Below are positions 27,774 to 38,600 of a stretch of 64,000 bases of DNA, piece by piece. Source of the stretch: Planctomycetota bacterium (GTDB taxonomy: Bacteria > Planctomycetota > MHYJ01 > JACQXL01); the NCBI GenBank assembly GCA_043801445.1, contig JAZDMB010000046.1, positions 19,253 through 83,252 on the forward strand. The letters run 5' to 3'. The notes beneath the pieces were generated by a model, which saw only the letters and a list, made by a program, of their open reading frames with translations, searched no databases and was not told the DNA's origin. How positions within the stretch are numbered: the first letter of the stretch is position 1; each line of letters starts with the position of its first letter. A program made the position numbers and the translations under genes.

Positions 27774-29489
27774 ATGAGTCCACTCCAGCAAAAAAAACTT
27801 TTTGGCGAGATTGCCCGCGGGATGAGACTGGTAACTGAGGAACAGATTAACGAAGCGCTAAAAATCCAGAAATCAACGGCCGGTGATAAAGGACATAAGA
27901 AGATAGGTGAAATCCTCGTAGAAAAAAGCATTCTAAAGCTATCTCAGGTTACGGCAATTCTCGCTAAACAATATAATCTTAGATTCGTCAGTTTTTCATC
28001 AATCAAAATACCGAATGAAGTAATTAAATCGGTGCCCAAAGCCACTGCTATCGAGCATAAAATTATTCCTCTGCAGAAAAAAGGTAATGTTTTAACATTA
28101 GCTTCATCTGTTCCTTTAGATGTTTTCAATATAGATAATCTGTGTTTTATGCTTGGCTGCAGTATCGAAGTAGTACTGGCATTACCCGATGAGATAAATC
28201 AGTCAATTGCCAAATATTATGGTTCCTCAGTTGAGGATTACAGCAATTTAGTCGGCGATATTGATGAAAATGATATTTCTATCCGGACAGGAAAAGATGA
28301 AGAAGTTATCACAGACGAGGCGCCGATTATTCGTCTCGTTCAAACTATCATTGCAGACTCGGTCAAAAACGGAGTCAGTGACATTCATATTGAACCGATG
28401 GAAAAAACACTGAGAATCCGTTATCGAATAGACGGTGTTTGCCAGGAAATAGAATCGCCTCCGAAAAGACTTCAGTCCTCAATGATTTCCCGCGTTAAAC
28501 TGATGGCCGGAATGGATATTGCCGAGAAACGCAAGCCCCAAGATGGTAGAATTCCTATTTCCGTTGAAGGCAAAGAGTTTGATATCCGTGTTTCATCACT
28601 TCCATCACAATACGGAGAAAGCATGGTTCTTCGTCTTTTGGAAAAACAATCATTGGTAACGTTAGAAGACCTTGGTTTCCATCCCGATGATTATCGCAGA
28701 TTCCAGTCTATCATAAAAAGGCCCAATGGTATTTTTCTGGTTACCGGTCCGACCGGTTCAGGCAAAACCACTACTCTTTACGCAGCTATAAAGGAATTAA
28801 ATAAACCTAACGTTAAAATTATTACGGCTGAAGACCCGGTTGAATATGTATTAAGCGGGGTGAATCAATGCCGTGTTCGTTCTGATATCGGATTTACTTT
28901 TACTTCCATAATCAGATCAATGTTACGCCAGGCACCTAATATTATTCTGGTTGGTGAAATCAGAGATGTAGAAACCGCAGACATAGCCATTCAGGCTGCA
29001 CTGACAGGCCATCTGGTATTCAGCACTCTTCACACCAATGATGCTCCTTCAGCCATAACACGCTTGTTGGATATGGGCGTAAAACCTTTTCTTGTTGCCG
29101 CTTCGATTCAGGCGATAATGGCTCAAAGATTAATCCGTATTTTGTGTCCTAAATGTAAACAGCCGTATATTCCGGAAGAATCAGAGCTTGCTATGATAGG
29201 ACTGACACCTAAAGACATTTCAGGCCATAATATTTATAAAGCTGTCGGCTGCAAGGAATGCAAGGAAGGTTATAAAAGCAGAAAAGGAATTTTTGAATTA
29301 TTGGAGATGAGTTCTACGCTTAAGGAAATGACTTTTCATAAAGAGTCAACCATAAAAATTTATGAGGAAGCCAAAATAAGCGGAGGAATGGTTTCTCTCT
29401 TAGATGACGGGGTCAGAAAAATACTTAGTGGACTTACCACTATTGAAGAAGTAATATCACTAAGCCGACGCGAAGATTTATCATATTAA
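27774..29489 (+). CDS. PilB/GspE assembly ATPase with MshEN-like N-terminus
   Basis: SDIHIEP, PQDGR, GPTGSGKTT, EDPVE, tetra-Cys motif. Confidence 0.92.
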   Translation: MSPLQQKKLFGEIARGMRLVTEEQINEALKIQKSTAGDKGHKKIGEILVEKSILKLSQVTAILAKQYNLRFVSFSSIKIPNEVIKSVPKATAIEHKIIPLQKKGNVLTLASSVPLDVFNIDNLCFMLGCSIEVVLALPDEINQSIAKYYGSSVEDYSNLVGDIDENDISIRTGKDEEVITDEAPIIRLVQTIIADSVKNGVSDIHIEPMEKTLRIRYRIDGVCQEIESPPKRLQSSMISRVKLMAGMDIAEKRKPQDGRIPISVEGKEFDIRVSSLPSQYGESMVLRLLEKQSLVTLEDLGFHPDDYRRFQSIIKRPNGIFLVTGPTGSGKTTTLYAAIKELNKPNVKIITAEDPVEYVLSGVNQCRVRSDIGFTFTSIIRSMLRQAPNIILVGEIRDVETADIAIQAALTGHLVFSTLHTNDAPSAITRLLDMGVKPFLVAASIQAIMAQRLIRILCPKCKQPYIPEESELAMIGLTPKDISGHNIYKAVGCKECKEGYKSRKGIFELLEMSSTLKEMTFHKESTIKIYEEAKISGGMVSLLDDGVRKILSGLTTIEEVISLSRREDLSY

Positions 29490-29513
29490 CCCGGATTATT
29501 AATAGGAGTAAAT

Positions 29514-30587
29514 ATGGCAGCTGAATTGGATAAATTATTAGATTTGGTTATAGCAAAAAATGCTTCGGATTTACACTTGACTGTAGGATTACCGCCTGTC
29601 ATCAGATTGCATCGTCATCTTAAACAACTAGATCATCCAATGCTTACTAAACACGATACGATTGCCTTTATGCGTGCAGTAACCACGGAAAAAAAACAGC
29701 AGGAAATAAAAGAACGGGGCGGCTGTGATTTCGGTTTCACTTACGACAAAAAGGCGCGTTTCCGCGTAAGTATTTATACACAAAAAGGACAGGTGGGTTT
29801 GGAATTCCGTCTGATACCATCTAGGATAAAAAAATTAGATGAAATCGGACTGCCTGAAACAATAAAAAAACTGCTAACCAGACCGCGGGGATTAATTCTT
29901 GTAACCGGTCCGACCGGTTGCGGCAAGACCACTACCCTTGCCTCAATGATAGATTATATTAATACCGAAACGAGTTGCCATATTATTACCATAGAAGACC
30001 CTATAGAATATTACCATCAGCATAAAAAATCCATTATCACCCAGCGTGAAGTTTATCATGATATTACTTCATTTTCTGATGCTATTGTCAAAACACTCAG
30101 AATGGACCCGGATGTGATTCTGGTGGGTGAAATGCGTGATTTGGATACGATTCAGACTGCGATTACCGCAGCCGAAACAGGCCATCTGGTTTTTGCCACA
30201 CTTCATACTACAGGCGCGGCAAGAACGATTAATCGTATCGTAGATGCATTTCCACACGAACAACAAGAACAGGTACGCACCCAATTAGCATCTTCACTTC
30301 TGGTAGTTATCTCGCAGGTCCTGATACCTACGGCGGACTGCAAAGGCGTTGTGGCAGCCTTTGAAATAATGGTTTCAACTCCGGCTATAGAACATCTCAT
30401 AAGAGAGAATGAGCCTCATAAAATTATCTCCTCAATCCAGACCGGCGGTAAATTGGGAATGGTCCTTTTGGATGATTATCTTTTTAAATTATTCAACGAG
30501 GAAAAAATTACCTATCAGGATATGATGGACTATGCCCAGAATCCGTCTAACCTGGCAATGAAGTTTCAGGGATCAGAAGAAGAATAA
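29514..30587 (+). CDS. pilT: Type IV pilus retraction ATPase
   Basis: ASDLHL, GPTGCGKTT, EDPIE, GEMRD, AAETGHLV. Confidence 0.9.
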   Translation: MAAELDKLLDLVIAKNASDLHLTVGLPPVIRLHRHLKQLDHPMLTKHDTIAFMRAVTTEKKQQEIKERGGCDFGFTYDKKARFRVSIYTQKGQVGLEFRLIPSRIKKLDEIGLPETIKKLLTRPRGLILVTGPTGCGKTTTLASMIDYINTETSCHIITIEDPIEYYHQHKKSIITQREVYHDITSFSDAIVKTLRMDPDVILVGEMRDLDTIQTAITAAETGHLVFATLHTTGAARTINRIVDAFPHEQQEQVRTQLASSLLVVISQVLIPTADCKGVVAAFEIMVSTPAIEHLIRENEPHKIISSIQTGGKLGMVLLDDYLFKLFNEEKITYQDMMDYAQNPSNLAMKFQGSEEE

Positions 30588-30666
30588 TCAGGTACCAAAG
30601 GCAGGAAAACTTGCGACTATACCTTTCTGCCGTCCCGCTGTGACTTTTTGGGAAGCGGGTTTGATT

Positions 30667-30882
30667 ATGTTTTTAAATATCAAAGTAATAACAAAAGCAT
30701 CTAAGAATCAAATCAAAAAAGAAGCTGCACAATACAAGGTCTATCTGACTGCAGCGCCTATTAATGGTAAAGCAAATGATGCGCTTATTGAGATATTAGC
30801 GGGCTATTTCCATATCACCAAACAGCAGATTAAAATAGTCCGAGGCTTAAAATCCAAGCATAAAATGGTGGAGATAATATAG
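30667..30882 (+). CDS. DUF167/YggU family protein
   Basis: APINGKAN...G.KSKHK; likely start ATG 30667. Confidence 0.8.
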   Translation: MFLNIKVITKASKNQIKKEAAQYKVYLTAAPINGKANDALIEILAGYFHITKQQIKIVRGLKSKHKMVEII

Positions 30883-31038
30883 ACCAATATCCGTTATTTA
30901 GGACACAAATTTTCGCAGATAATTTTTATAAGGAGACTGGGAAACCAAGATTATAATTTCTGTCCTCATGGATTATTAATCTGTGTAGACAGAGCCTCTG
31001 TATTTATCTGCGTCCTGTTTTTCCTGACGGATCCCGGA

Positions 31039-33894
31039 TTATTTTATACAGACAGACATCACTTCTTTTAAGGTTGTAAATCCTTTTATAACTTTTTCAA
31101 TGCCATCTTGTTTTAGTGTTATCATTCCTTCTTTTATCGCTACTGCTCCTAAGTCTGCCGGTGTCGGTTTTTTGTGTATCATCGATTTGATTGCGTCACT
31201 TGATACAAGAAGTTCATAAATGCCCATTCTGCCCCGATATCCTCTGTTATTACAGTTCTGGCATCCGTCTTCTTTAGGTCTGAATAACATCAAATCACTT
31301 GAATATTTAAACTCCGAATCAAATAATGAATTATTCCCATATTCGCTTCTTATTATGTCAAATTCTTCCTTGGTAGGATGGTATTCTTCTTTACATTTAG
31401 GGCAGAGCGTTCTCAGGAGTCTTTGGGCAAGTATTCCAAGCAGAGCATCAGCAAAAGAGAATGGGTCTATGCCCATTTCAAGTAAACGTGTAACAGTTTC
31501 CGGAGCGTTATTTGTATGCAGGGTGCTGAATACAAGATGGCCGGTCAGAGACGCTTCCACACCCGTAGAGGTGGTTTCCAAATCACGCATTTCGCCGACC
31601 ATAATGACATCGGGGTCGCCTCTGAGGAATGATTTCATTGCTCTTTCAAAGGTGAATCCTATCTTTGCGTGGGTCTGAACCTGACGCAGTTGGTATTGCG
31701 TTATTTCTACCGGGTCTTCTGCAGTCCAGATTTTCATATCAGGGGTATTAATATGGCCCAGCGCGGAATGTAAAGTGGTGGTTTTGCCTGAGCCGGTCGG
31801 GCCTACTACCAGACAGATACCATAAGGTTTATCTAATATTGCTTTCATTTTATCAAAGACTTTGGGGTTCATACCGAGTTTCTCTAAGGGGATAGGCTTG
31901 CTCGATGCCAATATTCTCATGACCACGTCTTCATTGCCTCCGACCGTGGGTATCGTGGCGATACGTAATTCGATATCCAATTTACCGAAGTTTTTAAATT
32001 TAATCTTACCGTCCTGGGGCAATCTTCGGTCGGATATATCGAGATTGGACATAATTTTCAGGCGGGAAACTATCGCATTTTTATAGTGTTTTGGAATCTT
32101 CATGAGTTCCTGACATGAGCCGTCTATTCTGAGTCTGACGACAGTATCGCCATCGGTATAGGGCTCGATATGAATATCTGATGCCCGGCGCGCATAGCCC
32201 TGTTCTATTATCTGGTTAACCAACCGGACGATAGCTGAATCGTTTTCTTTTAATTCTTCCGGCGTGGCATCTTCTTTTGTCTGCTTGTCAATTTCGTCCT
32301 GTAATTCACCTAAAATCTCTTCGACATTTTCCGTAACAGGAGTGTCTGTCTTCGACACGCCATAGAAATGGTCGATGATTCTTATGATATCGTCTTTGGT
32401 GCTGACGCAGAATTTTATATTTGCTGATTTAAATTTATATTGGATGTTGTCCCTTTTAACGATATCCTTAGGGTCTTCCATAACAACCGTGATGGTATTA
32501 TCTGCTTTGAAGATTGGAACCCATAGCTCGTTTTTTAGCGTTTCCAAGGTAAGGTCTTGAATCAATTCTACGGGAATCTGCATTTCCTGGTTAAAATTAA
32601 TGAACTCTGTTCTAAAATAATAACCATAGCATTTCCCGATTTCTGCAGGTGAAAGATGATATTCTCCAATCAAGACATGTTCTGGCGAGTCGTTATTGTC
32701 TTTGGCTTTTTTCAATGCCTCATCAAGTTTTTCCTGAGAAATGAGATTGGCTGAAACAATAGCATCATATTTGCTGTGCTTGCCGACAATCCTTTTTTGC
32801 CTGCTCATAGCGATGCCCATTGTTGTTGCAATTTCTCTTGCTCCCTCTATGTCTTTATCAGTAAAAAAAAGATTACTTTTCTTGTTTATTAATTCAATAA
32901 CGCCGTTTACTTCTCCTCCAAAGATTAAAGGAAAGACAAGAATGTTCTTGGTGCGCTTATGAAATTTCTCATCCCAGCGCTTATCAAACCTGATTTCAGG
33001 GCTTATTTTTATGAGTTCAGAATCATTATAAACATCATCAATCTTCAGCATTTTATTGTTTTTGGCTGCAAATCCCGCAATGCTGTTGTTATCAAACCCT
33101 ACTCTTATTTCCTCTATATCTTCCTGAACATGACTCTTGGCAACTAATTCATTAGATGTTTTATCCAGCATATAGATGGTAATATTATCAATTTCGAAGA
33201 GTTTTTCCAAATCGTTTGAAATGGAAGGTAATATATCATCAAAATTTCCTGCGGAATGAATCTTATCGGTGATTCTTTTTATTTTCTTCTGATATTCTAT
33301 TTCACGTTGGCTATCTTCAAATGATTTTATTTTATAAAGGTCCGGAGCCAGAGAATCTGCTATTTGCTGGAGAATTTGCACATCCTTATTGGGGAAGCCC
33401 TCGTCAACAGAGCCTTTATTATTTATAGCCTGAATAACACCCTGTATTTTTCCTTTTAATATTACAGGAATACAGATTACTTGTTTTGTTCTATATCCGG
33501 TCAGTTGGTCCCAACTGCGGTCAAAATGAAGTCCGGTATAATTCTGCTGTATTTCCGAGTTATCGTAAGCATCCTTAATGTTTACTACCTTAATATTTTT
33601 TGCCGCATATCCGGCGATACTATTGTTAGTTATAGGTATTGAAATAGCCTTGACCTCATTACCATCTTTTACTCTTGAGATGATAATATTATCCATTGTA
33701 TCCACCACATAGATTGTCATACGGTCGGCATTAATTGTCTCTTTTGCCTTTAACGCAGTTCCTATTAAAAGGTCATTGAGATTATCTGCACCGCGTATAG
33801 TCTCCGTTACTTCTTTTATTGATGGCGATGCACCCGATGCAACAGCAACGGTGGTACTTCCAGACTCCGATAATTTTTTGGAAAAGAGTCCCAT
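31039..33894 (-). CDS. GspE/PilB ATPase with two N-terminal GAF domains
   Basis: Two GAF units (IAG..A, DQLTGYRTK, INKK) followed by a complete secretion ATPase. Confidence 0.88.
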   Translation of the reverse strand: MGLFSKKLSESGSTTVAVASGASPSIKEVTETIRGADNLNDLLIGTALKAKETINADRMTIYVVDTMDNIIISRVKDGNEVKAISIPITNNSIAGYAAKNIKVVNIKDAYDNSEIQQNYTGLHFDRSWDQLTGYRTKQVICIPVILKGKIQGVIQAINNKGSVDEGFPNKDVQILQQIADSLAPDLYKIKSFEDSQREIEYQKKIKRITDKIHSAGNFDDILPSISNDLEKLFEIDNITIYMLDKTSNELVAKSHVQEDIEEIRVGFDNNSIAGFAAKNNKMLKIDDVYNDSELIKISPEIRFDKRWDEKFHKRTKNILVFPLIFGGEVNGVIELINKKSNLFFTDKDIEGAREIATTMGIAMSRQKRIVGKHSKYDAIVSANLISQEKLDEALKKAKDNNDSPEHVLIGEYHLSPAEIGKCYGYYFRTEFINFNQEMQIPVELIQDLTLETLKNELWVPIFKADNTITVVMEDPKDIVKRDNIQYKFKSANIKFCVSTKDDIIRIIDHFYGVSKTDTPVTENVEEILGELQDEIDKQTKEDATPEELKENDSAIVRLVNQIIEQGYARRASDIHIEPYTDGDTVVRLRIDGSCQELMKIPKHYKNAIVSRLKIMSNLDISDRRLPQDGKIKFKNFGKLDIELRIATIPTVGGNEDVVMRILASSKPIPLEKLGMNPKVFDKMKAILDKPYGICLVVGPTGSGKTTTLHSALGHINTPDMKIWTAEDPVEITQYQLRQVQTHAKIGFTFERAMKSFLRGDPDVIMVGEMRDLETTSTGVEASLTGHLVFSTLHTNNAPETVTRLLEMGIDPFSFADALLGILAQRLLRTLCPKCKEEYHPTKEEFDIIRSEYGNNSLFDSEFKYSSDLMLFRPKEDGCQNCNNRGYRGRMGIYELLVSSDAIKSMIHKKPTPADLGAVAIKEGMITLKQDGIEKVIKGFTTLKEVMSVCIK

Positions 33895-34193
33895 ATTTAC
33901 ATCCTTTATTACCCCTTGCGGGGCTTCTTCAATGAAGCTCGCCCTATTAGGGATTTACCCATTACTAAACTTTTTAATTGCAGATATCCCGGTAGTGATT
34001 GTATTAAATATATTAATAATATATACAAAAAATACAATAAATTAAACACAAATTACATTAACACAGCCCGTAAGGGATAGGTGCTGAGTTAGAGCATAAT
34101 TAGTTAATACGGTAATAAAGTTGCCCCCTAACATAGTCCCGTTAGGAATACCTAACAGCCCGTACGGGGTATCCAGTCAGGAATAAGATAAAA

Positions 34194-35321
34194 TTATTTA
34201 CCACCTTGCTTTTCGCTTTTACTTTTAAGTTGGTCAATAACCACTAATTCCTTTACAGGAGTTCCATCGCTCCATTTACCCATATAACGTTGTTGTGAGG
34301 TATTACCCAGAGCATACTCACTGTCCTTCCCGTAAAAAGCACAGTTGGTCAAGGCATCAAAAAGCTTCCAGTAGGCATAATAATCCAAGGCATTTACATT
34401 TGGTGAATGTCGTGGACTACCACTGAATCCAATAGGTGAGAAATGGTTTGCAACCAGGGCTGGCTTACCGTAATAATCCGATACAACTATCACGAGGTTT
34501 TTATTCTCGGCTGGAATCAGGGTGCTCTCCTCTAATATCTTTTTGGCATCATTATCACCTACCACTCTGTCATTGTCACCGACTACGTTAAGCATCAAGG
34601 TAGAAGATGATATCTTACTCAGTTCTGCTAATTCAATTACTGTAGTTGCCCCAGGCTGAACTATCATAATAGCCTTAGGCTCTGGTAATCTTTCTGATTT
34701 AGCTAATGCGGCTATGTTCGCAGTAATAATTCCACCCATAGAATGCCCCACCATACCAAACCTGTCCAGTTCAGGTGATATATGTCCTTCTCCTTGAAGA
34801 CGCTTGATAGCATCTTTTATGGCATTAATAGCGTTTGGAATAAATAGTTTTGGCTGGGTCTGTAAATCAGCCTGATAACGGGGAAAAACAACGATATTAC
34901 CTTTCTTAACAAGATGTTCAATCCAAGCTCCGTAAATTTTCGGATTCATCCCGCCCCAGCCATGATTGAATACTATCAATGGGGCTGATTTTAACGTAGG
35001 TGACATAGGTTCAAATATCCAGTATTGGTCATCACCTTCCCCATAAACGTTTTCCATTACTCCGGAATGGGAATAATTTGTGCCTCCGGGACCAGATACG
35101 GGTTGTTCGGGTGGTTTGGGCGTTTCTTTTTCTCGCCCAGCAGGGCGAGACTCGCCAGCGGCAGGGGCTGCAGATAGTTTGTCTTGTGCAAATATGACTA
35201 TGCCACCTGCCCGAACTGGCATCTGGTCAGGCGGTAAAGAAACCAACAAAATTACGGTCAATATTCCCATACAGACATTTTTTATTTTCATAATCATTCG
35301 CATTATTGATAGATATAACAC
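34194..35321 (-). CDS. Secreted alpha/beta hydrolase
   Basis: HGWGG oxyanion motif, GHSMGG nucleophile elbow; signal peptide. Confidence 0.82.
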   Translation of the reverse strand: MLYLSIMRMIMKIKNVCMGILTVILLVSLPPDQMPVRAGGIVIFAQDKLSAAPAAGESRPAGREKETPKPPEQPVSGPGGTNYSHSGVMENVYGEGDDQYWIFEPMSPTLKSAPLIVFNHGWGGMNPKIYGAWIEHLVKKGNIVVFPRYQADLQTQPKLFIPNAINAIKDAIKRLQGEGHISPELDRFGMVGHSMGGIITANIAALAKSERLPEPKAIMIVQPGATTVIELAELSKISSSTLMLNVVGDNDRVVGDNDAKKILEESTLIPAENKNLVIVVSDYYGKPALVANHFSPIGFSGSPRHSPNVNALDYYAYWKLFDALTNCAFYGKDSEYALGNTSQQRYMGKWSDGTPVKELVVIDQLKSKSEKQGGK

Positions 35322-35611
35322 TAAAATATTATTAATCGATTATTATCTGAATTCCAGACTATGCACTGCGCAACACTACGTATAACACGAGTCTGCTATT
35401 AGAACATAATAGTAAGCTTGCCGAACCATAGTTAGAGATGTCTCGCAAGGTTTCAGGGATGTCCTCGAATGGTTCGGGGATGTCCCAGAACGATTCACTG
35501 AGGGCGGTATGGCACTGAATAATTCGTCATCAGCGATGAACGATTGGGTTACCTACTTGGCATATATTAGCATAAAGCCCCAGTGGGATAAACTCCGGGC
35601 AAAGAAGCATA

Positions 35612-35669
35612 CCCGCCTGACCGGCGCCCCGCCCGGATGGACATCCGTTCGGACGGGCAGTCGGGCAGG
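35612..35669. repeat. 30-bp palindromic element nested inside another copy of the same family
   Basis: CCCGCCTGACCGGCGC[CCCGCCCGGA...TCGGACGGG]CAGTCGGGCAGG, located inside an AGCATAGAG heptamer hairpin. Confidence 0.8.
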
Positions 35670-35695
35670 GAGTAAAAATGCTCTATGCTTCCCCT

Positions 35696-38600
35696 TTATG
35701 GTCCTTCGTAACTCAAAACCCAGTCAGCCAAAGTCGGTGTTGCGGCCGTATCTGTTGTAGAAAAATTGGCTCTCAGTTTGATACTCGTAACACCGTTCAG
35801 AGCCGGATATGTTGCCAGGTTAGTACCGGACGAAACACCGGTAATCAGCACAGAATCGGAAGAATTTAAGACATCTACGGTAAATGTAGTACCTGTAGGT
35901 AAGGTGCTAGTATAGGTCAAGGCACCCCATGAAGAAACAGATACAGGAGCAATTATCGCAGAGGTATAGGTACCAATAGTAGTAGTTGTATAAGTCGCCG
36001 GAACATCAGCAAAGTTAACTGTTGGTTTACTGGCAAAGGTGCCACCATATTGGACATAGAGCCGACCAGCGCTACCTGCACCGCCATTATAGGCATAACT
36101 AACATTACGACATAGGCCACCACTTCCGGCGCTGGCATCGATACTACTCGTAGTCCCCAAATTTGAGATTTGATTAGCATAAATAATAATAGAGCCACCG
36201 GCACCGCCGCCACCAGGCCCATTGTTTGAATAGTGCGCATTTGCACCAGCGGTGCCAGCAGGAACAGGCGAACTATTTACTCCAGCAGTGCCATTACTTA
36301 TAATAGAAGCCCCTGAAGCAATATTGAGTATATTTGCTCCGATAAAGATAATACCACCGCCATTACCGCCATTGGCACCGTACGCACTTGAAACATTTGC
36401 AGCACCACCACCCACAGTAATACCACCACCGGCACCACCGCCGCCGCCTAAATAGGCACGGGTATTAAGCCCATTCGATGTTCCCCATCCATCATTTCCG
36501 CCGCCGCCACCATGGCCACCAGTGAATGGACTTGCAGAAGTCGAAGTTCCACCTGTGCCTCCAATAGTTCCACTAGGGTCTGGTGTTCCATTTGTACCAC
36601 CAATACCATCAACTCCAACAGACGCATGACCGCCGCCACCACCCGAACCACCAAGCCTATAATTAGTAAATGCAGTATAATACAAAGCACCGCCTCCGCC
36701 GCCACCACTCCCTGCTGCGCCTGCACCACCAGTATAAGTAGTCCCAGCATTCACTCCGCCTCCGCCGCCGCCGCCCTGACCTGCATTACCATTAGCAGCA
36801 TAAGTTCCACCTGAACCGCCTGTGCCATTATATGACTCTCCGCCAGGGGCATTGCTACCGTATGCTACCCCTGTCCCGCCTCTAAATCCTGAGCCCGTTG
36901 CATTGATTCCGTTAGCCACATTAACCTGAAGTGTGCCGGAGGCACGGAATGCAATCACGCCGCCGGTAGTTCCATTCCAACCCGTGCAAATAATTGAGCC
37001 GCCGGTATTGATAGTTACATCAGTATAATTCGGGATGCGCTGGACCTGAACTCTACCGTTTCCTGTACCATCGTAAGCATAACTTAGATTAGAATCTACT
37101 GTCATAGAGGAGGTAGATAACCATGTAATTCTCTTAACTTCATATTGTCCAATTGCTGCAAGTTGGTCACCAGTTGCGCCTTTTATACGAATAATCATTA
37201 TCTCATCACCCACGGCAAAGCCGGGGGTAGGTATTGCCACGCCGGAAGAAATAGTCAACTGACCGGATGCGACACTCAGATTAATCTGCCATAGCACACC
37301 GTCAGGCGCAGTGCGTCCGTTAAATCCATTGGTTACCACATTGATATTGAAACTGTTCGATAATACGATTAGCGGACCATCTGCACCGTTGCCGGAGTTA
37401 ATACGGGCAAGCGCAATATCAGTCGCACCTGTAGCGGTTGGCGCACAACTACTAAATGTACCTGTCGTAAAAGTGGTTTCTAACCAGTTACCAAGGGTCC
37501 GATTTACACCCACTGTTGTCCCGGCAGAGTTAGTCGCACTAATTCTGAAATAGTAAGGCACATTTGCAGAAAGACCTGTGATAGTATCGCTAATAACAAC
37601 ATTACTTGAACCGACTAATGACTGAACAGTAGTAGTAAAACCATAAGAAGAACTTAATCCCCATTGAAAAGAAGCATTGGTTGCCAAGCCATTTGGATTG
37701 ACGATACCATTCACGAACGCAGAGGTATAGGTAGAAGTATAGGTCGCCGCTGTAGTTTCAACAACTGGTGCTCCGTTTGACGGACTATAAAAATTACTGT
37801 AACCCACTCCCCACTCAGACAAAATCGGTGTTGCACTGGTATTGATCGTTGAGAAATTACTTCGTAATCTAATACCGGTAACTCCGGTCAGCGAAGTCGG
37901 ATAGTTATTTGAAAGGTCCGTCCCAGATGGGACAGCAGTAACTAACAAATTATCAGAAGAATCCAAGACATCCACTGTAAATGTCGTATTTGTAGGCAGG
38001 GTGTTAGTAAATGTTAATATGCCCCACGAGGTTACTCCGGCTGGAGCGATTACCGTTGAGGTATAGGTACCGGAAATAATGCAAGGTAGCGAGGTATCCG
38101 TCGTAGCCACAAGACCGGAATAGTTAGTAGATGAAAATGGAACGGTACCGGAAAAAGAGACATATCGGGCATAAGTCCGACCACCACCACCTGCGCCACC
38201 ATTATACAATAAATAAGTATTAGGACCAGGATTTCCACCACCATTACCGCCAATTGCGCTAACACTACCTAAATTTGATATGGAGTTAGCAAAAAGGATA
38301 ACAGAGCCGCCGGCACCGCCACCACCACCGCCCCGGTAAATATCATAATTATTACTATAACCACCAACCGCACCAACCGCACCGGCATTACCATTAGCCA
38401 CAACAGATGCCGCTGAAGCAATATTGAGTACATTTGCTCCGATAAAGATGATACCACCGCCGGGACCACCGGCACCACCGGTCACACTATACCCGTCAAG
38501 CTGATAACCACCGCCGCTGGCGCCGCCACCACCACCCATATATGCCCGCTGATTTAGTGTAGATGAATCTGTCCTGCCATCAGAACCACCGCCGCCACCG

